Source: Kiritimatiellia bacterium
GTDB taxonomy: Bacteria > Verrucomicrobiota > Kiritimatiellia > RFP12 > UBA1067
Length of the DNA stretch: 31,683 bases
Reading direction: 5' to 3'
NCBI GenBank assembly: GCA_900771305.1
Contig: CAAGNL010000308.1
Span: 1-31,683, forward strand
In this document: positions 8,999 to 16,764 of the stretch, piece after piece
How positions within the stretch are numbered: position 1 is the stretch's first letter
Layout: each line of letters begins with the position of its first letter
The notes under the pieces: model-generated
What the model was told of the DNA's origin: nothing
Databases searched by the model: none
The model's input: only the letters and a program-made list of their open reading frames with translations
Translations under genes and position numbers: made by a program

Positions 8999-10114
8999 TC
9001 AGGGGGAAATCACGCCGTTCGGGTAGACCACCTTGTTCTGGCCGTTTGTGGCAAGCCCCGTCACGAATTCGTTGACGGCCTGCGTCTGCATCTGCCGCTT
9101 CAGGTCGCGGGTCAGGACAAGATCCGAATCCTCGATCAGGAGCGGACGCTTGTCGACATGGAGATGGGAGAGATGGCGACGCTCGGGATTGAGCTCGTTT
9201 CCGTCCGCATCCTTTTCCGCAGGCAGGATCTTGTCAACCCGCACGACGCGGTAGCCGTTGTCGTCTTCCAGAATCTCGGACAGCTCCCCCTCCTTGAGGG
9301 CGAAGACCTTGGCGGCATGGGTGGCATTGTTGAAATCGTCGGCGGTAAACGTACCCCAGTCCCCGCCCTCGCCCAAGCCGCAGGCCTCCAGTTCGGCGGC
9401 CACGGCCGTCCAGGTCTGCCGGCCTGAACGGAATTGCGTACACGCCTTTTCAAGCGCGGCCCGCGCCACGGCGTTGGTCGCCCGGCTGGCGGTATTCTCC
9501 ACCTGGACCTGTTTCTTCACGGCTTCCACAAAGGCTTCGTCCACGGTCGCCTTCGGGGGAATCTTCTCGTGAATGACCTTGGCGATGATACACGCGACAC
9601 ACTGCTCGTAGAGGAAATAGTGCGCACCGTGGGCATAGCCCTTGAGAAGCCGGGCGACAGTCTGCTTTTTCTGCTTGGCGGCCGCGCGGATGCGCGCAGA
9701 GACGGCCTCCAGAACCTCGTTCGTCGTGACGAGCCCGCTCCTGAACGCCTCGTCGACCAGCAGCCGCTGACCGACGAAGATGCGCGGGTATGCCCGGCGA
9801 TGCTCCTCCAGCATCTTGTCCGCCACGAGAGGGCTTGTCTTTTTCTGCTCCAGAATCCCCTTCAGATAAAGGGCCATCAGCGTCTCGAATGTTCCCTTGG
9901 TCAGAACCCGCCCATTGACGGCCACAAGGACGGCGTTCGACGCCAGCTCAGCAAACGGACGTGTCACGCCGTTCGTGAGCGCAACAGCGGGCGGACAGGC
10001 TTCCAGCAGGAGCGCCTCCTGGGGGACGCGCCAGTCCGCATCGGGATCCCGGGAACACCCCGTTCCGAAACCGAGAAGGGCAACGAGACAAAGACAGGGC
10101 AACGGAGTTCGCAC
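8999..10114 (-). CDS. PpiC/parvulin-type peptidyl-prolyl isomerase lipoprotein (PrsA/SurA-like foldase)
   Basis: Lipobox-like LLGFGTGC. SurA-type N-terminus VLVAVNGRVLTKGTFE. Rotamase motif GGDWGTF...VFALKEGELSEILEDDNGYRVVRV and RHLSHLHV. GTG start after a purine-rich GAAGG. Confidence 0.85.
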   Translation of the reverse strand: MRTPLPCLCLVALLGFGTGCSRDPDADWRVPQEALLLEACPPAVALTNGVTRPFAELASNAVLVAVNGRVLTKGTFETLMALYLKGILEQKKTSPLVADKMLEEHRRAYPRIFVGQRLLVDEAFRSGLVTTNEVLEAVSARIRAAAKQKKQTVARLLKGYAHGAHYFLYEQCVACIIAKVIHEKIPPKATVDEAFVEAVKKQVQVENTASRATNAVARAALEKACTQFRSGRQTWTAVAAELEACGLGEGGDWGTFTADDFNNATHAAKVFALKEGELSEILEDDNGYRVVRVDKILPAEKDADGNELNPERRHLSHLHVDKRPLLIEDSDLVLTRDLKRQMQTQAVNEFVTGLATNGQNKVVYPNGVISP

Positions 10115-10161
10115 AGCGGGAGTACCTTCTAGAAAATGGGCTTAACAGTTAACGAATGTAC

Positions 10162-10198
10162 AGGAGGAGAGGGTCTGTTTCCACACCCTCTCTCCCCC
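10162..10198 (-). terminator. Strong intergenic stem-loop (attenuator or mRNA-stabilising hairpin)
   Basis: Minus strand reads GGGGGAGAGAGGGT-GTGGAAACAG-ACCCTCTCCTCC about 40 nt after the stop at 10241, with no clear U-tract. A second hairpin CAGTCTAG-ATGAA-CTGGACTG lies just upstream at ~10208-10228. Confidence 0.55.
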
Positions 10199-10240
10199 GT
10201 CTGGAATCAGTCTAGATGAACTGGACTGCTTCGCGGCATC

Positions 10241-11551
10241 TTACTTGAGGCCGTAGTAGGTCGCGAACTGCGGCGTGACCATCGGGAGCGCGAAGCGGTT
10301 GGAGGCCGACTTCACGTAAATCTCCGTACCATCGTAGAGGTTCGCCGACTTGTTGAGCTTGAGCGCCGCGCCCTTGATCGCACCCCAGAGCGGAAGCGTA
10401 TTGACCGCAGGAACAATCAGACGCACCTCGTCGTCCGTCAAGTCACGCGCCACGCCACCCTTGGCGTTGTAGAACTTGCGGTTCCACTTGATCGACCACG
10501 AACCGTAGATCACGTCCGTCGTCTCCTGCTCGACCGCACCGTCGTTCCACATGTCGTTCTGCCAAGCATCAGGCGCGAACGTCGCGGCGACATCAAGGCG
10601 TGCACAGTTGAACTGGTCTTCCCACGCTTCGCCGTCAAACCACGAATAGGCCGTGTTCTTGGCATCAATACCATTCTCGGTGCAGAGGAAGAGCCCACCC
10701 TTCAAGTTGCCTGTCAGCGTGTCGAGAACAATCTCGGACGTCGTGGTCTCCGTCAGACCGCAGCAGAGGTCGCCCGTCGTCTCAGTCGGAACGGCGTACT
10801 TGCCGATGCCGGCACCGTTCATCCACGTGTCGTGGTAGTAGTTGACGGGCAATTTGCTCGGCCAATTGATCTGAAGGCCCGTCGGAAGGTTCGCATCCCA
10901 GGCCGCCTCGAAAACGTCAAAGGGCGAAACGGCTCCCGTCTTGAACCAGTTCGGGCCATTGAACTGACCGAAGAGGTAGATCGACGTCCAGACGTAGTCC
11001 GCATAGGCCGACATACCGGGCGTGTTCGCCGCCGGAGCCGCCGGAGCCGTACCACGATCCGTAATCACGCCGCCGATCACATCCAGCTGCGTGCGGACGC
11101 AGGCGACGGAATCACCGCCGACGAAGAGCGTACCTTCGGCCATGCCGGAGGAAGCCTTGTGGGCCTTCTTGAACTGCGTGTCGATCCACTTCGCGTCGAG
11201 CACCGCCGGGAGGATCTTCGGGGCGCGCACCTTGGCCTCAGCCTTGGAGTTCTGCACCACGAGGAAGCCACGGTTGCGGCCGTAGTCGAATGCCGGCGCC
11301 GTGCTCGGGAACGGATCCGCCGCCGTAATCGTCGGGCTGGTCACGCCGTCCGCGTCCATGATGAGATAACCCTTGAGGGAGGCCGACTTCGCGTACTTCT
11401 GATAGACGATGCCGGAGAAGTTCGCCGTTTTGATCTTGACTTCCTTCAGGTACATGTGCTTGACGGAGGCCTTGTAGTCGAAGACCTGCGGGGCACCGAA
11501 CACGCTGCCGGCAACGGCGAGGCCGAGCGTGGCAATCATGAGTTTCTTCAT
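10241..11551 (-). CDS. Secreted protein of unknown function, probably abundant (candidate major surface/structural subunit)
   Basis: Clear signal peptide MKKLMIATLGLAVAGSVFG followed by APQVFDYKASVK. Start moved from 11605 to ATG 11551 (11563 is an alternative). Rich in Gly, Asp, Thr and aromatic residues, with a CC pair. Long structured leader upstream and hairpin downstream. Confidence 0.85.
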   Translation of the reverse strand: MKKLMIATLGLAVAGSVFGAPQVFDYKASVKHMYLKEVKIKTANFSGIVYQKYAKSASLKGYLIMDADGVTSPTITAADPFPSTAPAFDYGRNRGFLVVQNSKAEAKVRAPKILPAVLDAKWIDTQFKKAHKASSGMAEGTLFVGGDSVACVRTQLDVIGGVITDRGTAPAAPAANTPGMSAYADYVWTSIYLFGQFNGPNWFKTGAVSPFDVFEAAWDANLPTGLQINWPSKLPVNYYHDTWMNGAGIGKYAVPTETTGDLCCGLTETTTSEIVLDTLTGNLKGGLFLCTENGIDAKNTAYSWFDGEAWEDQFNCARLDVAATFAPDAWQNDMWNDGAVEQETTDVIYGSWSIKWNRKFYNAKGGVARDLTDDEVRLIVPAVNTLPLWGAIKGAALKLNKSANLYDGTEIYVKSASNRFALPMVTPQFATYYGLK

Positions 11552-11563
11552 TGTGTTCTTCAT

Positions 11564-11800
11564 TTCTGGGGCTTGCGCCCCTTGACCGTTCGTCCGTCCG
11601 GCCACCCGGCCTCGCGTTCTACTTGGTGGTTAACTTGTTGTGCCTTCTTCCACTTCTGCGGACCGTCGTACTGACGCCCGGAGTTAACCCAGGTCCGGAC
11701 ATCCCATCCGGGCCCGCGTCGGGCGCAGGTGGGCCGGGAGCGGTATCTTCCAACGGAAGTTCTAACGGCGGGGTGGCAGACGACGGCGTGGCAGGGCGTT
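11564..11800 (-). promoter_or_regulatory. Highly structured 5' leader / intergenic region
   Basis: Minus-strand stems: GGGGC-GCAA-GCCCC (11568-11581, GNRA loop); GGTTAACT/AGTTAACC (11628-11635 with 11682-11689) enclosing CGGGCGTC-AGTAC-GACGGTCCG; GGCCCGGATG-GGA-TGTCCGGACC (11692-11714). Confidence 0.5.
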
Positions 11801-11856
11801 TATGCCCTTTGCCCATCGGGGGAAGCGGCGATGGGTTGCTTCAACGGATTTCTAAC
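11747..11856. repeat. Imperfect direct repeat CAACGGA-N1-2-TTCTAAC, two copies either side of the recombinase stop codon
   Basis: CTTCCAACGGAAGTTCTAAC at 11747-11766 and CTTCAACGGATTTCTAAC at 11839-11856; AT-rich motif in a very GC-rich context. Confidence 0.6.
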
Positions 11857-12975
11857 CACCAGGGGCGGGATGGCCCGGAGGACGGCTCTTTGAAGCGTAT
11901 CGGCCGACGGTTGGGTGTAGCGCGCGTGCATGCCGCCGCCCGCGTGGCCGGTGATGGCGTCCGTGACGTGGGGCGGAATGCCCGCCTCGTCCATGAGGGA
12001 GATGAACGTCGCGCGCAGGGAGTGGAAACTCGCGCGCGCGGGACCCTTGTTGACGATGCCGACGGCGCGGAAGGCGGCCGTGAGGGGCTTCGTCGGGCGC
12101 TTCCGCGCGGCGGCGGGGAAGAGGAAGTCCCCGTCGGCGGGTGCCTGCCGGCGGCGCTGGACGATCGCGCGGGCCTCGCCGACGAGTGGGATGAGCAGAA
12201 GGCGCTTCTTGCTGTGGCGGACCTTGTTGGGCTGGAGGCGGAGAAACGCGCCGTCCGGCGTGGTCTCGCCGCGTTCAAGCTCGGCCACGTCGGAGAGGCG
12301 CAGGCCCGTGTAGTAGCCGAGGACGAGCATGTCCGCATAGGCGGCCGGATCGGACGGAAGGGGGGATGCCCGCCACAGCGCGTCGTGGACGCGGCGGATC
12401 TCGTCCGTCGTCAGACGGCGGTAGAATTCGCCGACCTTCCCGCTGTCGACGCTGGACGCGCCGCGCAGACGGGCTTCCGCGCGCCAGACCTCCGCGTCGA
12501 GGCCGAGCACGTCCCAGACGCGGCGGTAGAAGCGGATCATGCGCCCGGCGGAGAGGTACTTCTTCCGCAGGGTGTCCGCGAGGGTGCGCGCGTCCGCCGC
12601 CGTGAGGTCGTCCGGTGCGCGCGTGCGCGCGGTCTGCGCGAGCAGGTCGAGCCAGTGGCGGTAACTCGCGTGGCTGGCGGCCGGGACGGGGACGCGGACG
12701 CTGGCGAGGAAGTCCTCCCAGAGCCCGCTCCACCCGGGCGTCGAGCGGCACTCGATGCGCTGGAGGCGGCGCCGGGCCTGTTCGCCCAGGCGGACGAGCT
12801 GGCGCAGCCAGGCCGTCTGTCCGCCGTCGTCGGCGGGGACGAGCAGGCGTGCGCGCACGCGCGCAAGGCGGAGGTCGCTGGTCTTCAGGGGCGTCCAGTT
12901 CTGTTGGGCGTGGATGCGCGAAACATAGTAAAGCGCGCGCCCTTTTCGCTGAATTGATCCAAATGAAAGCTTCAT
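11800..12975 (-). CDS. Tyrosine recombinase / site-specific integrase
   Basis: Catalytic set present: R (YYTGLRLSDV), K (QPNKVRH), HxxR (SFHSLRATF), H (AITGH), Y (MHARY). N-terminus GSIQRKGRALYY...LKTSDLRLARVRA resembles an arm-binding domain. Start ATG 12975 preferred over 13038. Confidence 0.93.
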   Translation of the reverse strand: MKLSFGSIQRKGRALYYVSRIHAQQNWTPLKTSDLRLARVRARLLVPADDGGQTAWLRQLVRLGEQARRRLQRIECRSTPGWSGLWEDFLASVRVPVPAASHASYRHWLDLLAQTARTRAPDDLTAADARTLADTLRKKYLSAGRMIRFYRRVWDVLGLDAEVWRAEARLRGASSVDSGKVGEFYRRLTTDEIRRVHDALWRASPLPSDPAAYADMLVLGYYTGLRLSDVAELERGETTPDGAFLRLQPNKVRHSKKRLLLIPLVGEARAIVQRRRQAPADGDFLFPAAARKRPTKPLTAAFRAVGIVNKGPARASFHSLRATFISLMDEAGIPPHVTDAITGHAGGGMHARYTQPSADTLQRAVLRAIPPLVVRNPLKQPIAASPDGQRA

Positions 12976-13058
12976 GAGATGGCCTTGTTCCTGTCTTGTG
13001 CCGTGGATGGGAGAAAAAGAAGTTTGATTTTCTGTCATCCGGGCAACACGGGCGCATA

Positions 13059-13085
13059 TAGTATCATAAGATGAAGAATGTCAAA
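13059..13085 (-). promoter_or_regulatory. Possible sigma70 promoter for the recombinase, overlapping the start of the divergent gene
   Basis: Minus strand TTGACA-N15-TACTAT with TG extension (TGaTACTAT). The spacer is short. Confidence 0.35.
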
Positions 13086-13916
13086 TTCATGGTCGCGGGG
13101 CTGGCGGTTGCGCTCATCTGCATGGGCGTGGCCTACGTCCACTTTTCGGGCGGGGGCGAGACCGGGCCTTCGGACGCGCCGACGGGCGTGCGCCGCACCG
13201 ACGCCAAGGCGCAGGACAGGGCGACGCGGAAGCGCGTCCGCGCCGCTCGGATCGCGCAGGCCGCGAAGAAGCCCGTGGACGAGGTGGTCAAGAGGGAGAA
13301 GCCGTCCTTTGAGCTGGACGATGCGGACGAAGCCGCGCTCACGGCGGAGCAGCGTGCGCTCATCGAGGCCATCCGCAAGGCGCTGGACGAGGACGACCAC
13401 AAGACGGTGCTGGCGCTCGTGCAGAAGCTGCAGAAGGCCAAGGAGTGGCCGGACGGCATTCCTCTGCCAATCCGGCGGGCGGCGTTGGAGGCCGTGTCGT
13501 GGATCGGCATGTCGGCCCTGCCCGAGATTGCGGGCTTTCTGGGGGACGGCGACAAGGAAGTCGTGGAGGACGCCATCGAAGCCTATGAAAGCGCGCTCAT
13601 CGAGGCGAACGGCGACCGCGAGCTTTCGGCGGTCGTGACGGCGGCGGCGGCCGTGATCGCCGACGTCGATGCGATGGACTCGATCTTGATGAGCCTCAAC
13701 GAGATGCGGCCCTCCGTTGCCGTGGCGACGATCAAGCAGATTTGGGAGACGGGTACGGACGCCGCGAAGGCGGCCCTGCGCGAGGCGATCGAGTTCCTGA
13801 CAGGCGAGGAGAACATCACGACGCCGGAGCAGCTGGACAATTGGTACAACGACCCCTCCGGCGACAACCGCGACGACGAGGACGCCGAAGAGTTCTACGG
13901 GCCGTCGCAGGACTGA
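13071..13916 (+). CDS. Hypothetical protein with N-terminal membrane anchor and acidic HEAT-like helical repeats
   Basis: Hydrophobic FMVAGLAVALICMGVAYVHF, a basic linker, then IRRAALEAVSWIGMSALPEIAGFLGDGDKEVVEDAIEA (HEAT-like). Confidence 0.8.
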   Translation: MKNVKFMVAGLAVALICMGVAYVHFSGGGETGPSDAPTGVRRTDAKAQDRATRKRVRAARIAQAAKKPVDEVVKREKPSFELDDADEAALTAEQRALIEAIRKALDEDDHKTVLALVQKLQKAKEWPDGIPLPIRRAALEAVSWIGMSALPEIAGFLGDGDKEVVEDAIEAYESALIEANGDRELSAVVTAAAAVIADVDAMDSILMSLNEMRPSVAVATIKQIWETGTDAAKAALREAIEFLTGEENITTPEQLDNWYNDPSGDNRDDEDAEEFYGPSQD

Positions 13917-13931
13917 CGGCGCGGGGCGGCC

Positions 13932-13961
13932 TTGACGCGCAGGTGGTTCGTGTGTTATCCT
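13932..13961 (+). promoter_or_regulatory. Sigma70-type promoter of the kinase-ECF operon
   Basis: TTGACG-N18-TATCCT with extended -10 (TGtTATCCT). RBS GAGG before ATG 13987. Confidence 0.6.
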
Positions 13962-13986
13962 AGGGCCCGAAAGCGGATTTGAGGCT

Positions 13987-15339
13987 ATGAAGATTGGTGC
14001 ATACGACGTCATCCGCGTCCTGGGGACGGGCGGCATGAGCGAGGTCTACGAGGCGGAGAATCCACGCCTCGGAAGCCGCCATGCGCTGAAGGTCTACACG
14101 TATCGGAACGACGATCCTGACGTGCGGCGGCGGTTCGACGTGGAGGGGCGGCTCCTGGCCCGGCTGGGCCATCCGCGCATCGTCAAGGTGACGGACATCG
14201 GGGAGACGGACGAGGGGAAGCCCTACTTCGTGATGGACCTCGTGCTGGCGCCGGACGGCAACCCGAAAAGCCTCGCCGACGTGGGCGACGGCGAGGCCGA
14301 CGAGGAGACGATCGGGCGGTGGTACGACGACATCCGCGACGCGCTCGCCTACATCCACGGCAAGGGCGTGATCCACCGCGACCTCAAGCTCCAGAACGTG
14401 CTGATCGGCCCGGACGGACACGCCGTGCTGACGGACTTCGGCATCTCGCGCGTCTTCGACCCCGAGGGCGGGCGCAACACCGTGGTGGACACGGTGCAGA
14501 CGCTGATCGGCATCCGGGACGGGAAGAAGACGGTGATGGGGTCCGTCGGCTACATGGCGCCCGAGGTCGAGATGGGCGTGGCGGCGACGGAGCGGAGCGA
14601 CTGGTATGCGCTGGGCGTGATCGCGTACAGGTTGCTGACGGGGACGTGGTGCGACGCGCGGACCGATGTGGCGGAGATGCTGGAGACGTACGATCCCGTC
14701 TGGCGGCGCATCATCCCGAAGCTGCTGCACGCGAACCCCGAGGGGCGCGAATGCCTCTCTTATGCCGAGGAGAAGGCGGCGGACGTCGAGCGGAGGCTGG
14801 CGCGGCTGGAGGAGAAATGCGCACGCGAGAAGACACGCGGGCATCGGGCGCGCCACGTGGCGCGGGCGCTCGTGGGCGTGGCTCTGGCGCTGGCGGCCGG
14901 TCTGGGCGCGGGGATCTGGTTCGTCCGGTCGGACGCGCGGGCGCTGCGCGCGAAGATGCAGTGGTACGAGACGCGGCCCCAGCCCATTCCCTTCGACCTC
15001 CTGTTCCAGATTCCCGCCGCCGCGAAGGGGGAGGAGCAGACCAACGAGAAGGGGGACGTGGTGATGCCGTCGCGCGCAGACTTCGCCGTCGCGCGGGACG
15101 ACGCCTTCATCCTGACGCGGACGATCCTGTCTGGCCTTCAGATGGGGACGCTGACCGTGGAGAAGGCCGCCGAACGGCTGGAACATCTGCGCGACGCCCT
15201 GGACGAGGACGCGGAGGAGTCGCCGTTCGACGCGGTCGAGTTCGCCGGCGAGCCTTATCTGCAGAACGGCGACAACCTGCCGCTCCAGATGCTGCTCGAC
15301 GGCGCCGTCGAACGTTTGAGGAAGATCGCCGAGCAATGA
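13987..15339 (+). CDS. Hanks-type Ser/Thr protein kinase with one TM helix and an acidic extracytoplasmic domain
   Basis: LGTGGMSEVY, ALK, HRDLKLQN, DFG, GSVGYMAPE, SDWYALG. TM segment ALVGVALALAAGLGAGIWFV. Confidence 0.95.
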   Translation: MKIGAYDVIRVLGTGGMSEVYEAENPRLGSRHALKVYTYRNDDPDVRRRFDVEGRLLARLGHPRIVKVTDIGETDEGKPYFVMDLVLAPDGNPKSLADVGDGEADEETIGRWYDDIRDALAYIHGKGVIHRDLKLQNVLIGPDGHAVLTDFGISRVFDPEGGRNTVVDTVQTLIGIRDGKKTVMGSVGYMAPEVEMGVAATERSDWYALGVIAYRLLTGTWCDARTDVAEMLETYDPVWRRIIPKLLHANPEGRECLSYAEEKAADVERRLARLEEKCAREKTRGHRARHVARALVGVALALAAGLGAGIWFVRSDARALRAKMQWYETRPQPIPFDLLFQIPAAAKGEEQTNEKGDVVMPSRADFAVARDDAFILTRTILSGLQMGTLTVEKAAERLEHLRDALDEDAEESPFDAVEFAGEPYLQNGDNLPLQMLLDGAVERLRKIAEQ

Positions 15340-15980
15340 GCGCCACGTTTCCAGAGACGGCGGTTACGCTGATCGCGAAGATCAAGGACCTTGGCCCCGC
15401 CTCGGATTCCGCCGCCTGGGTGCGGTTCTGGAACGCCTATTCCGGCGCGATCCGCCAGTTCGCGGCGATGAAGGGCGGCGAGGAGAATGCGGACGACATC
15501 GTGATGCTCGTGCTCGGCAAGCTCGTGGACGTGCTGCGCAAGGGGCAGTATACGCCCGAAAAGGGGCGGTTCCACTCCTATCTCGCGACGATGATCGTGA
15601 ACGAGGTCCACATGCTGCACCGCCGGAACGTGGCGCGTGGCAACGACCGGAGGGTGTCGATCGACGCCCTGCACGACGACCACGACGGGGAGGGGGCGCG
15701 CTCGGTGGGGGAGACGCTGGTCGCCGCGGAGGAGTCGCCGGAGGCGATCGACGCGGCGTGGCGCCAGGCCGTCCTGAAGTCCGCCGTGGAGCACGTGCTG
15801 ACGAAGACGGCGCTTTCCGAACGCGACCGGAACGTCTATCGCGCCTACGCGCTGGAGGGGCGCGACATCGCCGAGGTCGCGCGCACGTTCGGGATTTCCC
15901 GAAATTCCGTGAGCCAGATCAAGACGCGCATCGACAAACGCATCGTCAGCGTCGGGCGCGAACTCATACGCGGCGCCTGA
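15336..15980 (+). CDS. ECF-type RNA polymerase sigma factor
   Basis: True start is the ATG overlapping the kinase stop (ATGA). ETAVTLIAKIK...DSAAWVRFWNAY, NADDIV and GRFHSYLATMIVN form region 2. LSERDRNVYRAYALEGRDIAEVARTFGISRNSVSQIKTRI is the region 4 HTH. Confidence 0.92.
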   Translation: MSATFPETAVTLIAKIKDLGPASDSAAWVRFWNAYSGAIRQFAAMKGGEENADDIVMLVLGKLVDVLRKGQYTPEKGRFHSYLATMIVNEVHMLHRRNVARGNDRRVSIDALHDDHDGEGARSVGETLVAAEESPEAIDAAWRQAVLKSAVEHVLTKTALSERDRNVYRAYALEGRDIAEVARTFGISRNSVSQIKTRIDKRIVSVGRELIRGA

Positions 15981-16019
15981 TGCGCGGGCGCCCACGATGT
16001 GGAAGGAGGAAGACGAACC

Positions 16020-16589
16020 ATGGCCGCAAAGACGACGAAACGACTGATTGAGGTTCTGCTGGTGGACTGCGAGATGACGGGGGTGCCGGAGAGGGGACTG
16101 CTGAAGAGCCGAAATCTTGGGGCCGTGGACCTGATCTGGCCGCGGGCCAGCATCGCCAAGAAAAGTTCGGCGCGCGAGTTTGTCTTCAAGAAGGGCAAGG
16201 TCGACTTCACCGCGGAGCCCTGGGCGAAGCGTGTCCTCTTCCGCGAGGAGGTGGAGGGCCATACGGCCTTCGCGGTCTCCATCACCGAGCCTGTCACGGT
16301 GCAGAAGATCCGCAAGTTCATGAAGCTCACCGCCAAGTATGCCCTGAAGCAGGGCGCGGACTTCGTCGAGAAGTCGATGCTGGGCTTTGGTGATCTGGCG
16401 TCCTCCCCCGTGGATGCGCTCGCTGCCATGGTGGGCGAGAACGACGCGCCGAAGATCATCGCCCAGGGCGTGTTCGATCTGATGGAATTGCCGGCCGAGG
16501 GCGAGGAGGTATTGGTGACGGTGCCGCTCTTCCGTCCGAAACTGCTCAAGGGACAGACGGGGACGTTGACGCTCGCCGTACGCGGATGA
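16020..16589 (+). CDS. Hypothetical protein (189 aa)
   Basis: GGAGG RBS before ATG 16020; typical GC3-rich codon usage; no motif recognised. Confidence 0.75.
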   Translation: MAAKTTKRLIEVLLVDCEMTGVPERGLLKSRNLGAVDLIWPRASIAKKSSAREFVFKKGKVDFTAEPWAKRVLFREEVEGHTAFAVSITEPVTVQKIRKFMKLTAKYALKQGADFVEKSMLGFGDLASSPVDALAAMVGENDAPKIIAQGVFDLMELPAEGEEVLVTVPLFRPKLLKGQTGTLTLAVRG

Positions 16590-16764
16590 TGGCGGAATTG
16601 CCGTCTGCCTGAGCTTGAGTTGAACCCGAATCTTGACGTACGGATGGCGTGAAGTCAAGTTTTATCTATGCCATTTAGATGGGCTTTCTGAGTCGAAAAC
16701 TTCGAGGTTGATCGCCGTTCCGCATAAGAGTTCACGTCCTCCCCCGTTTATTCTTCGGAGAGAC

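Noticed and set aside
11747..12975. Integron (IntI with attI/attC) or prophage integrase
   Set aside because: No IntI-specific insertion before HxxR, the TTCTAAC motifs do not fit RYYYAAC...GTTRRRY pairs, there is no cassette array, and no phage genes or tRNA target are present.
14319..15335. Apparent 553-aa sigma factor with a long N-terminal extension
   Set aside because: The extension is an off-frame read of the kinase gene; the sigma starts at ATG 15336, overlapping the kinase stop.
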